NCBI RefSeq assembly: GCF_021869535.1
Contig: NW_026262604.1
Coordinates: forward strand, 19,220,001-19,284,000
DNA from: Mytilus californianus
Lineage: Eukaryota
DNA length: 64,000 nt
Direction: 5' to 3'
Part shown: positions 51,701-61,954 of the stretch, in pieces
Layout of the letters: each line of letters begins with the position of its first letter
Position numbering within the stretch: position 1 is the stretch's first letter
The notes under the pieces: model-generated
Seen by the model: the letters and a program-made list of their open reading frames with translations, nothing else
What the model was told of the DNA's origin: nothing
Database searches by the model: none
Made by a program: the position numbers and the translations under genes

Positions 51701-54700
51701 CTCTTACTTTATATAAGTTAATTGATCTCTATGAAATTTTACCATAAGGTTAAATACCACAAAAGGAAGGTTGGGATTGATTTTGGGGGTTATGGTACCA
51801 ACAGTTAAGGAATTAGTGGTCAAAAATAACTTCCAGACATAACTTGTGTATTAGTATATGGATCTCTCTGACATTGTACTATAAGATTCCATATCACAAA
51901 GGAAAAGCTGGGTTTGAGTTTGTGGGTAATTGCCCTAAACTTTTAGGAATTAGGGACAAAAAAAACAAGCATTTTTCTAGTTTCCAGACAATAACTTGTG
52001 TTCAAGTGTATGGATCTCTTTGAAATTGTACTGCAATGTACCATACCACAAAGGGAAGGCTGGGATTGAGTTTGGGGGTGATGAATCATAAGGGGGTTCA
52101 AAAAATTTGGGGGGGATTTTTTTTTCATTTTTTTTCTTTAAAATTTTCCATTTTAAATTGGTTATTTCTGATTAATATATAAAAGCAAATAATGATGATA
52201 TGGTTTGAATAGGTAAATTAATTTTTTTTAAGTTCTTATACCACATTCATTCTGTGTCAGAAACCTATGCTGTGTCAAATATTTAATTACAATCCAAATT
52301 CAGTGCTGTATCAAGCTTGAATGTTGTGTCCATACTTGCCCCAACTGTTCAGGGTTCGACCTTTGCAGTAGTATCAAGCTGTGCCCAGCGGAGCATTTTA
52401 TTTCCAATTTTACTTTTCCTTTAAAGCTTTAGATACATATATATATAGTAGCTTGATGCAAGGTGTAGTTAGATTAAATAAATTAGAAGGATGAAAACTA
52501 CACACCCTCAAGATATCGTAACAATCTGACTATCTTTTGGATTATGGCATATGAAATGTGAATTTTTTGCCTCCAGTTTGAGCTATTTAGGCTGTGGGCC
52601 TCTAGTTTTTAATCTTTTAATTACTCGCACCCATGTAGACAACTGATTGTTTATGTTGCCATTAACTTATAATTCTAACCAAGTTCATGTTATTTTGCTG
52701 GTCTTCATTGTATGAAGCATTGTATTGTAAAATAGCAAAAAAAGGGTTCCGATGATCCCATTTTTTCTGAAATTTTAGCAGTTTGTTGAAGGTCATTATA
52801 TTAAGGTCAAGGTCATCAAATGTTGAAAACAATTAACAGAATTGATAACTGAAGTATTTGATTGAAAAATGTTTTGATTCAGTTTACTTAAGTAAATATT
52901 TTTTTAATTGTCAATTTCAAGGGTCAAAATGGTTATTTGTTGTGCCGTGAAATTTGAAGTTATTTTAATAAACTTTTTTCCGGCAAAAAATAAAAAAAAC
53001 CCAATTTTTTTTTTCATCAAAATATTTAAAAACAGCATTGTTTTTAATATCAATAAATGAAATGTTCCTGTGAATGTGTTTTTTTTTTAAACCATTGTTC
53101 AAAAATGTCAAAAAAACAGCCTTTTTGGACAATTTCGCTTTCTCTTATTATATGTTCAACAGAAAACATTAGTGTTAACATAGAAAGTAAGATAAGAGAT
53201 GTTCATGTATAGAAATGCATTCTTAAATGTAACTTTTTATCATATACTTTAGTTGTTTTTGCCATTTCTTACCTGGATGTGATTATTTTGCATTCAATAT
53301 ATAGTCAAATTAGTGAATTGTGATGTTTTCAATGACCTTTCAAGCAGTATTACCTTATCTTGCGTTACCATGGAAACGGTAAAAAATTAAAAAGATTTGA
53401 ACAATGAAAAATAATAATATGGATAAGGTGTTATAAAAAGAGAACTTAAGATGCAATTTTGTGATATCAATGTACCATGCTCTACCTGACTCTTAGCTGG
53501 AACAGTACTTAAATATTCATATTCTAATTTTTTATCTAAAGCATTGGTTAATCAAAGAATAGTTTCTTCATGTTATTGGCTGAAAGTAACTTAAAAAAAG
53601 ATTTTTGAATCTGAATATCTTAAACTTTTTCTTAACATTTTTATAACTCCATTCTTATTTTGTCCACAAAGAATTTGTGTATGAAGTATTTTTCTGAAAT
53701 CAATGTGTTTTTGATTAACCAATCTGTTTTGCAGCTATGCCAGAAGGATATAACAGGACATATTTTCGGAAAGAGAAACGAACATGCCCATATTGCATGC
53801 CAGAAATGCTGCAATGATTCTAATATCTGTAATAACGATCGTTCATGTGGAAATGTAATAACAAGTATGTAGCTAAGTTACACCACATGGTATTTATATG
53901 AATTAAACATATTATAAAGTATGTTTATCACAGTCTGTTTCATTAAAAAAGAAACAGTTATAAATTATGAATAGTATTTTTTAAGATAAAACACGTAATG
54001 AGAATTTGTTTTTCAATTTCAGTACAGCAATGTCTATCCTGTGATCATGTGAACAATCCGAAAATCTGTAATTACACAATGACATGTGATAAAGGAGAGG
54101 TAATCTTTAAGTTTGACATTCTTCTTTTACTTAGGAATCAAAGCCAGGTTCTAATTGCAATAGAACATATGCTGCAAGTGATTGACGTCACAATTGAAAT
54201 TTCGAACAACACGTACGCTCCGTATAAAGATATCAATACTTACACAGCTTACACATGTTAAAATGAGCATAGAACACGGCATGACATTACCATTTTTAAC
54301 AGATTTCAACTTCGCTAAAACAGCTTCGACTATAGACAAAAGCAAATCACTTTACCTATTGAATTGGTTCGGAAGTGTACAGCAACAGACCTCATGTCAT
54401 TTCAAGATATATATAAATATATGAATGGGAATAAATGAATGAAATCTCTGAATAGCTCTGCAATCACAAACGGTGTATCAACGGAGACGTCGGGTCATGC
54501 AACTTAAACATGTCGGTGTTGTGGGGTGATATAGGTAGCGTTTACAATTTTTACATAACAAATTTGCTTTGTTAGTAACTGACGGTATAATATTGTTTAT
54601 ATATAAATCTTCCTATATCTATCATCATAAATACCAGGATTGAAATTTCATATTTGCGCCAGACGCGCTTTTCGTCTACAAAAGACTCATCAGTGACGCT

Positions 54701-57700
54701 CGAATCAAAAAATGTTATAAAGACCGAATAAAGTACGGAGTTGAAGAGCATTGAGGACCTAACATTCCTAAAAGTTATTATATAAATACAAGATTTAAAT
54801 ACAGAATTTCGATTTTTGCAGGTGTGTTTCCTCCATAAATATTTGACCGAAACTCAACATGTAAAATATGACCTCGGATGTAAGCACTCATCGATATGTA
54901 AAACTGAATAAGGACAAAAAATGCCATGCTACATTGTAGCAATACAACATTTGTATAATAAACTCGAATTTTTGAAAAAAAATATTTGAGTTTGAAGTAA
55001 TTTTGAGATCATCTTTATGATTGCAAGTTATTTTATTTGAATATGAGTTTTAAAATAATTAGAAGAAAAAACTACCATCCAACAATCAAATGTTGAGCCC
55101 ATTTTCGAACATTGCTCTTGTCTCAACTTTAAATGCATTTCAGAAATCAAAAGATTTTAATATCATCTTCACCAGTGACCTTTAATTATTTGCTTTCGTA
55201 TGTTGTCAAAACTTTCGAACTCTTTTTTCCTTAATTAGTATATTCAAACACTTGTTTTGTTAACATGACATATCAAATTTTTCTGAACTGTTCCTTATTT
55301 TATAAATGTCTATGTCGTATGTGTATTCGTGTTTTACTCAATTTCTGTTAATTATAATATGTTCATCGATTCCCTATTTCTAAATTAATCATTAATTTCT
55401 ATTCTTTCTATTTAAATGTAGTTATGTCTTCATGGTTCAAACACAAATATTTTGGGAAAACGAACATCGTCTGGCAGACATTTGATATGTGAAAGATGTT
55501 GTGATGGAACAGAGCTTTGTAACCTTGACCTCCAATGTACACACCAGCAGCGTAAGTATTTTTTCTGATTCACAAACAAACACATAAAAATCACATAGCA
55601 TTGTTAAACAAACATATGCATTTTGTTTAAATTTACACTTGAAATTTATAATGGTATGAATTAAAAGAAGAAATGGCATTTACCTTGTATTTTTGGCTTT
55701 GAAATCATCGATTTGATTTGATTTTTGGTGTTTTAACGCCCCTTTTAAGCACCGTTTTTGGGCTATTTCGTGGCGGCCAGTTTTTATTGGTGGAGGAAGC
55801 CGGCGCGCCCGGAGAAAACCACCGACCTTCGATAGAAAAACTGACAGTCCTAGTCAATTAAGATTGAAGTCGAGTGCACCCGCAGCGTTGACTGGCTAGT
55901 GATTACAGTAGTAACTACTTAGACCACTCGGCCACCGCGGCCCCTTGAATTCATCGATAGGTAAATCATATGACTGTATGATAAAGTAAAGCATATAATA
56001 GATGTCTGAAATTTTTTACCAAAGCATGGAATATAGTAATGTTTATGATTTTTACAATTTTTTTAATATAGAAAAGACGATGAATGCGTCATGTAGATCA
56101 ACGAATGAATGTGGCAGCAACCTCGTATGTTCGATTGAACAATGTCGATGTGCTTCAAAAGATGATTTTTGGGACAATAAATCCTGCATTAAAAGTAAGT
56201 TCGTTTAAAAAATGAAAACAACGCATCATAAGTTGCATGCGTCCGAGGCGTATATTTGAGAACAAGTTTATAAAAGAACCAAAACAGTTGTTGAGCTATA
56301 TAACAAAAAGAAATTTTAAAAATAATAGCCAAATCCATATAAGGTCACTTTTGTCTAAAAGAAATGTAACATTAGTATCTTAATAATTTCTTTATGTGTA
56401 AACGGACAATCTCTAAAAGGTTTGTCATTAGTCAGTTCATAAACGAAGTACAAACTCTTGCGCTGATGATATCAATAGGACCTGATAGTCCACAAGCAGC
56501 GGTATCGACCCAGTGCTCTAAATTACAACACTTCATAAATTTCCAAAGCGCGTTTCTGGATTTACCTTCCTCAGGAACGATCAAATATTGTTAAAACTAC
56601 TCACTATTTATATCAAAAATAGATTTGTATAACATATACCAATTTGATGACCCGTATAACCTTACAATATTTATCAGGAAGAAAACAAACACGTTGATAA
56701 GACATGTAAGAAAAAATTAATAATGTTTAAACCCCAATTTTCCTCAAAAGATTTCATCTATTCTGGATAACGTAATGTTCGGTTTTTAGGATGGAAATGC
56801 TTAATTCATTTTGCTTTTAAAACGTTTGATTGTTGGGGTTCCCAATGAATATAAGAAACACATGTCTAATAAAAATATTAGAGGCGATACATGCACAAGT
56901 ACAATACGTTTGAAAAATACACAAAGACGTACATACTGTATATCATCTTTCTTTGAAATTTATATTACGAAAAAAACCTACTCTCTTAATCTGAAGTTCT
57001 TTATATGCATAAAAAGATCCTCAATCATTTGATTTTGTGGCGATCAGTTTTTATTGGTAAAGGACAGAAAACTCACTCTCTTAGTCAATTAATATTAAAA
57101 TCGATCGCACCTGCCACATGCGGAATTTTAACTTCAGTGTTGACAGGCTAGTAATATAGTAGTGGGATGTGATAAAAGACACATAGAAAACTACATTATT
57201 CATTGTAGTTCATTAGACACAATACGAAACATATAAAAATAGATAATAATTTTCGTTACACTTAAAAATATTCGTGGTTTTGTTTTCTCTAAATGCGATG
57301 AGGAAGATTCAATCGGTTGTACCGAAGAAAAAAAGCATATTTGGGTCTTTTTTAAAATATCATATCAATAAAATGAAAACTTTAGTGATGGTCACATATC
57401 AGTTTGAAGAATTATCGTATGAAATGGAGTAAGAATAAATTAAAGTAAAATAGGCATTTGTTTTAGATATTGCCATGTTATTTTTTAAACATATGTTACC
57501 ATTTTCCGAATATTAAGTTACAAATTTTGAAAAAAGAATATGCAGACCATTGCGTAAATACTCAATATACTTGGCTTTCAAATATTAGGCTATGAGTGTC
57601 CTTGAAGACGAAAAATCCAGAAAATCGCTTTAGACGAAAAAATTTTATAACGTTTGGTTTTAATTTTGAACATATCTGTAACATTAACAAGACAATTATA

Positions 57701-60700
57701 ACGTTACTTCAGTCTCGATTGGTCTAACGAATGACTTTAAAATTGGCATTTGCTGCTTCTCCACCCATTAGGCTGCATTCTGCAGTACGAGAAAAGATGG
57801 GTACACTAAAATGCCTTATAGATATCATGGCGGTCTGCTTAAATATGAATCATGTTCACCTATAATTATATTTCAAGGGAAATGTTCCGTCAACGTTACG
57901 AGCTCCAATCGTACATTTTTTATGAAGTTCAAGATTTTTGGTAGAATGGTTTAAACGCATGGATTATATAAGCTTATGGATGTAATCCTATTATGTTTCA
58001 GTCTCGTTGAATACTAGTTCGGGAATTATTCTAAAAACATGTGATACAAGTGGAAAATATCAATGAATTTAAAAAATATTATAATCAAACCAAACTCTGG
58101 GAAAAAATTGTGTACTTTAAATAAGTAGTTTTTGAGTAATACAATTTTCAACTTTTATAATCAGTCCGGTCAGAGTCATCATCCAAATAATAGTTTCTGT
58201 CTTTAGAAAAGTCTCTAGAAACAAATTAAAGTAGTTATACCAAAGAAGTAAGTTGTGCAAACCAGGATCATTCGGGCGTGTTTGAATCTACTTTTGTAAC
58301 TATATAATGTATTAATACAAATTAAGAAAAACATGAGAAAATAAAATTGCTTTAGATGTCACCATGTTTTTTCAAACTGAATTGTGATTTAATAGTTTTT
58401 AAAAAAATCACACTTAATAACATATACGAGTTACATCAAAAGTAAAATTACAAAAAAACGAACTCCAAGGGAAATTTCAAACGGAAAGACCTTTATAAAA
58501 TGGCAAAATCAAAAGCTCATACATATCTTACGAATGCAAAACAACTGTCATATTCCTGACATGGTACAGGATTATTTTTTATGTAAAAATGATCAGTGTT
58601 GATTGTTGAATTTGCTTACAGGTAACTGTATTATTCATTCTCTATTAAAATGTTGTTCCTAATCAAATCCTCTTTTTATTAACAAAATATATAAAGAAAA
58701 ATAATGTTTACAATAGCAGATTTGGATTAAATTCTGAAGAAAACTCTTCTAGGAAAACTTTCTACTCATTGAAAAACAATAAATGTAGTCTGTTCATCCA
58801 TTCGTTATGCTTTAACGCATTGTCACACGTTTAGAAAGGTCGGTTACTAGCAAAGAATTTCATTTTTTTGAAAATCATATCCCTGACATTTGATCCTAAT
58901 CACATTGATGCCAAAAATCTATATCACACATGAATGAGAAAAAGTGAAACCTTACACTTCACTGAAAATTCGTTTTATTCATAAATGTTTTTGATATAAC
59001 TGAATACTACTAGTAGTTCCTGACAGACAATGTTCAACTTAGCTTTATATCCTTATGATGATTTAGATAATAAGGGCTAAATTTGAACATGGTCCTGAAT
59101 GTAATATTTTCAAGAAATACTTATAAATATAAAAGTGAGATACGAAATCATTTGTACTTTCAGAAAAATTAAACGGCGAGATTTGCACTGAAAGTAGACA
59201 ATGCCATGCTCTATTTATATGCATACGAAATAGATGTAGCTGTCCGTCAACACAGTATTGGAATGGAACAAGTTGTCTACAAAGTAAGATGTACAAAGTC
59301 ATCAATTACAAATGCCTACTCTCTAAAATGAATCAAATAAACTCATCATATATATCAGGATTGAAAATTTGTATTTGCGCCAGACACGTGTTTCCTCTAC
59401 AAAAGAATCATCAGTGACGCACAAATCGAAAAAAAGTTGAAAAGGCCCAAAAAATTACGAAGTTGAAGAGCATTGAGTGAAACTGGAACAGCTTTTATTT
59501 TTTGTTTACCAAGTCATGATGATTAATATTTCACAATATTGACTATGATATATATGAAATAAATGCCTGTGAATTGAACCAATAATGATTCGTCAAATTG
59601 CACGTTGATAAATGAAATGAGCATCAAGTAAAACATCAATGATTGGTCAATTAGATATCAAAATAAAACGGAATATTTTATATGTATACTACTAAACGTA
59701 AAATGGCGAATTCACAATAATTAAAATATACATAATAAGGTTATTCTTATCAACATATATCAGTTTTTGTTTTAAAGAGAAAAGCATGAACTTTACTTGT
59801 GGTGCCTCTGTAGAGTGCTTAGAAAGCTTGTTTTGTCTACATGGAAAGTGTAAATGTGACCATGAGTTTGATTACTGGATGGGTTCAGCATGTACAAAAA
59901 GTATGTTGACAATATTTATATCAATAACCAATGTTTAAGAGGAGGGTTGAAACAAACGTTACTTTTAATCCCCTAGTGGATCAAACAGATCTTTTTATTT
60001 GATATATCTTTCAAATAAAGCAAGATTTAAGAATCAATAATACTACAATGAAAAAAAAATCCAGGATTACTATGAAAATGGTTACCTTAATATTTGAAAG
60101 AGCATTTAATCAAAACTCGAATACTATTTTTAGGATACATAACTAAATGTGTATTCGCTGAAGTATTCTTATGATAATAACTCAATTGTTGTTTTTGTTG
60201 ATCATTTTTTTAAAGAAACTTATAAGACAACTACTTTGGCTCTAAATTGATAAATACATAGTTACATTTTATATCATATGACTCCAACTTCCATTCATAT
60301 CACGAACTTGATACCTATCTGCTATCTTGCAGGTTTGAAAGCTACCACGAACTAATGTTTTGATAGTTATATATCATCAAGTAACTATTCTATTTCAGGA
60401 AAAAGTTTTAATTCTACGTGTGCTTCAACTGAGGAATGTGAAACAACTTTTCGATGCACTTATAAGAAATGTGTTTGTGCATCAATCTCAGAATATTGGT
60501 CTGGTTCACAATGTTTAAGTGAGTATCGTTGATGTGTTTCCACAACCACCTTTTAAACGCTACTGGTGTTTATCGTTGTTCCCGTGGGTTTAACGTTCCT
60601 AGTAGACAGCGTATCTTCGATGAGATGAGATTGTTGACATATGAGATTAGTTTTCAAATAAAACATAAATGAATGGATGACTTCATGTATGAATAAGTTA

Positions 60701-61728
60701 ACCTGTGGACATTGCTGGTACATTTTTACTATTAATCGAGATGACAAAATCTCAAATGATAAAAATATATGCAACTGTTTACCGTGTAGAAGATGATTTA
60801 AACTCACAAACAATATTCTTGCTTAGGAGATGCCATCATATTCTCATATTTGTTTAATTGTTTTGTTTTAATTTTGGTTTTGATTTAAAATAAACCCAGA
60901 ATCTCTGATTCAATACACCAAGGTGGATTTAAACGACATGATATTTGATAAATGTGAAATTAAACAAGACACGGAAAGACAACTTGAAATACATTATATT
61001 TTGTTAATCAACAAGCATTACTTAAAAAAGCATAAGATATCAACAGTGAAACTAGTTTCTAGAAGAATAAAAAACAAGTTGCAACTACTTTTATACTGAC
61101 AAGCCTGGTATCTGTGATTAGTTTTTAAAAATGAATATTTAAAAAATCGAAAACAACATGTTTAATCATTTCATGCGTCCGAAGCGCTTTTCTAGATTTA
61201 CCTTCATCAGGAACGCTCAAAGCCAAACATTTGAAATCCGAGGGATGTATAAGTACCGAAACAGTTGAAGAGCTATATAACAAAAATACCTAAAACAAAT
61301 AGCCAAATTCATCTAAGGTCAACTTTGCCTGAGGGAGTTGAAACCTTAGTTTCTTTATAATTTCAAAATTTAACAACGGACAATTTTAAAATGGGACAAA
61401 GTAACCATTATCTCAGAAAATATTCTAATAGACTAAGATATTGACACTCGGTTAATTATTTTTTCCATGGTTTAACATGTTTTATGTCAGGAAATAATTA
61501 ATATTATGTTAACAATCACTTGGTTTATTTCATATTCAATCTTATGATTGTTCCTACATACTACACACCAAAACATGACTGTTGATTGATGTTTGAGTAT
61601 ATTTGACAGGACGCATGGAATGTGCTGACCTATCAATAACAAACGATGGTGTATGCACAATATATCCAAATGGTAATAATCAGGCAATTCAAGTTTATTG
61701 TGTAGTACGGCAAGGCTTCAAATGGACG
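30623..61728 (+). CDS. Paralogue B: multi-exon gene encoding 2 Ly6/uPAR-like (three-finger) domains, 4 EB/EGF-like modules and the start of a fibrinogen C domain; incomplete at both ends in this window
   Basis: Exons 30623-30705, 34228-34299, 53735-53864, 54023-54099, 54822-54893, 55422-55551, 56072-56194, 59164-59283, 59778-59900, 60399-60518 and 61610-61728. All are AG-bounded and phase-compatible with no stops (1169 nt). All donors are GT except 54894 (AT). Confidence 0.82.
31085..33190 (-). mobile_element. 5'-truncated, decayed Penelope-like retroelement (RT)
   Basis: Minus-strand motifs YWIPKLHK, KTFDFSTLYTTIPH, GIPMGTNCSPLLADLF, a frameshift at about 32405, then RFIDDV, IYPPELEIKETTD and LIRYSRAC, with several stops. 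No GIY-YIG domain seen downstream of the RT. The 3' tail matches the short repeats listed at 14800. Confidence 0.88.
34228..34299 (+). CDS. LU domain 1 exon b (ICFVQKYFTLGNETRYDFGCTYQE)
   Basis: ttttcag/gtaatc; 72 nt, phase 0-0; paralogous to 14372-14443. Confidence 0.85.
35491..35950 (-). mobile_element. Penelope-like or retroelement 3' end, inverted relative to the copy at 49040-49840
   Basis: About 460 bp reverse-complement match to 49375-49840; ends in the common ...tgtctctttgacacattccccatttccattctcaatttta tail (also about 11850-11930, 21320-21390, 23470-23550, 47925-47950). Confidence 0.8.
36210..36356 (+). mobile_element. Short 5'-truncated CR1/L2-type LINE 3' end
   Basis: Translates VVHAGSVESFKTALQ and ends in an (ATACAG)n tail. 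Confidence 0.5.
38767..39858 (+). mobile_element. Helentron-associated non-autonomous (HINE/DINE-1-like) element
   Basis: T-rich start, subterminal hairpin atacgaccg...cggtcgtat, internal duplications, end tcaagctgcgcccagcggagcattt. Highly similar to 51660-52400; partial copies at about 37200-37350, 42305-42520 and 44280-44470. Confidence 0.6.
40425..41612 (-). mobile_element. HINE-like element with an internal satellite-like array (about 165-bp units)
   Basis: Repeats of aagggacataactctagaacggt..agtgacgccacc.aaattc.aacttgatctg.gttttgtggtaataagcattgtg; terminal gtacgtac/gacggac microsatellite and gcc...ggc hairpin before an A-run. Confidence 0.6.
42525..44050 (+). mobile_element. HINE/DINE-1-like element with (GTCC)n microsatellite and internal tandem repeats, interrupted by a hAT derivative
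   Basis: tttttatacgcccgt...tgtccgtctgtccgtccgtccgtc start; repeats of tttccagttt..ggacaataac.caaa...tgaaacttt..tgaa.gtt.atatctattgacgtgagctccctt. Confidence 0.6.
42891..43735 (+). mobile_element. Non-autonomous hAT transposon (internal deletion derivative)
   Basis: TIRs tagggatgtcaac / gttgacatcccta; 8-bp TSD gttttata/gttttatt (7/8); subterminal cgagtactcga repeats; hATC dimerisation remnant FPMLTLLA / PTSVPSEQIFSSAG / KIIFLNKN at 43133-43310. Confidence 0.85.
44530..45260. repeat. Tandem array of A/B units about 126-138 bp long
   Basis: g.ttctttgatatgctgaatcta anchor at about 44533, 44671, 44809, 44935, 45071 and 45197; related copy at about 42060-42290. Confidence 0.8.
47195..47659. mobile_element. 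465-bp MITE with perfect 16-bp TIRs, Kolobok-like
   Basis: TTAA|aggtgtaataccacca ... tggtggtattacacct; purine-purine start and TTAA on the left, right flank degenerate (aaac). Confidence 0.65.
49040..49840 (+). mobile_element. Penelope-like retroelement 3' fragment
   Basis: ORF end ...KPLNRLIKKGYGYDTVVRSLKIAYFGFNIDSLIGSLHRN* followed by the 3' region shared with 35491-35950. Confidence 0.65.
51660..52400 (+). mobile_element. HINE-like element, same family as 38767-39858
   Basis: Long near-identical blocks from gatctctatgaaattttaccataagg through tcaagctgtgcccagcggagcatttt. Confidence 0.65.
53735..53864 (+). CDS. LU domain 1 exon c (LCQKDITGHIFGKRNEHAHIACQKCCNDSNICNNDRSCGNVIT)
   Basis: ttttgcag/gtatgt; 130 nt, phase 0-1; CCxxxxxCN LU signature; paralogous to 14999-15128. 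Confidence 0.88.
54023..55551 (+). CDS. LU domain 2, three exons (54023-54099, 54822-54893, 55422-55551)
   Basis: QQCLSCDHVNNPKICNYTMTCDKGE | VCFLHKYLTETQHVKYDLGCKHSS | LCLHGSNTNILGKRTSSGRHLICERCCDGTELCNLDLQC; same 1-0-0-1 phase pattern as domain 1. Confidence 0.85.
54656..54701 (-). ncRNA. Minimal type-I hammerhead ribozyme motif
   Basis: Reverse complement: gcgtca-CTGATGA-gtct(tttgt)agac-GAAA-a-gcgc-GTC-tggcgc; intact core boxes, stem I and stem II pair. Confidence 0.72.
55713..55944 (-). mobile_element. tRNA-derived SINE with a 14-bp TSD
   Basis: Minus strand begins ggggccgcggtggccgagtggtctaa (A box), has a central ggttttctccggg...ggcttcctccaccaataaaaactggccgccac core and a (CAAAT)n tail. 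TSD ttgaaatcatcgat (55699-55712) / ttgaattcatcgat (55945-55958). Confidence 0.85.
56072..60518 (+). CDS. Four symmetric phase-1 EB/EGF-like module exons (56072-56194, 59164-59283, 59778-59900, 60399-60518)
   Basis: Each is 120 or 123 nt with pattern C-x5-C-x5-C-x4-C-x-C-x5/6-W-x4-C, e.g. CRSTNECGSNLVCSIEQCRCASKDDFWDNKSC and CTESRQCHALFICIRNRCSCPSTQYWNGTSC. Confidence 0.85.
56543..56582 (-). ncRNA. Hammerhead-like motif, second repeat family (degenerate)
   Basis: Reverse complement: gatcgttc-CTGAGGA-aggtaaatcca-GAAAC-gcgc-TTT; related to 61175-61218. Confidence 0.35.
59377..59420 (-). ncRNA. Minimal type-I hammerhead ribozyme motif
   Basis: Reverse complement: gcgtca-CTGATGA-ttct(tttgt)agag-GAAAC-acgt-GTC-tggcgc. 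Confidence 0.65.
61175..61218 (-). ncRNA. Hammerhead-like motif, second repeat family
   Basis: Reverse complement: gcgttc-CTGATGA-aggtaaatcta-GAAA-agcgc-TTC-ggacgc; stem I gcgttc/ggacgc pairs, stem II is weak. Confidence 0.45.
61610..61728 (+). CDS. Fibrinogen C-domain first exon, copy B (RMECADLSITNDGVCTIYPNGNNQAIQVYCVVRQGFKWT)
   Basis: atttgacag/gtaagt; 119 nt, phase 1-0; FBG N-terminal pattern (C..., G..TIYP, VYC, WT). Confidence 0.85.
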
Positions 61729-61954
61729 GTAAGTTTACGATGATGTAAATTTCATATATATATATATTTAGATATACAACGTTGTTGTGCTGATATTCAG
61801 AGTAATAATGAATATGATATATGCTTTCAGTCATGATGGGTGGACATGTCGTAGAGTTGTAGAAACGTTCTTATCAGTTTTATCTTTTATATACTATCTG
61901 CATAATAATTTTTTTTCTTAGAGTAATTATGAATATAATAACTACATATATATA

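Larger units (their letters stand above)
34594..53508 (+). mobile_element. About 18.9-kb DNA transposon with a Sola3-like transposase, TTAA-flanked, with imperfect 28-bp TIRs
   Basis: TTAA at 34590-34593 and 53509-53512. The terminal 28-mers match at 21/28 as inverted repeats. It encloses the transposase exons and fills almost all of the 19.4-kb intron whose paralogous intron in copy A is about 0.55 kb. Confidence 0.7.

Noticed and set aside
55900-55944. tRNA gene
   Set aside because: Only an A-box-like head is present, followed by a SINE core, tail and TSD; there is no cloverleaf.
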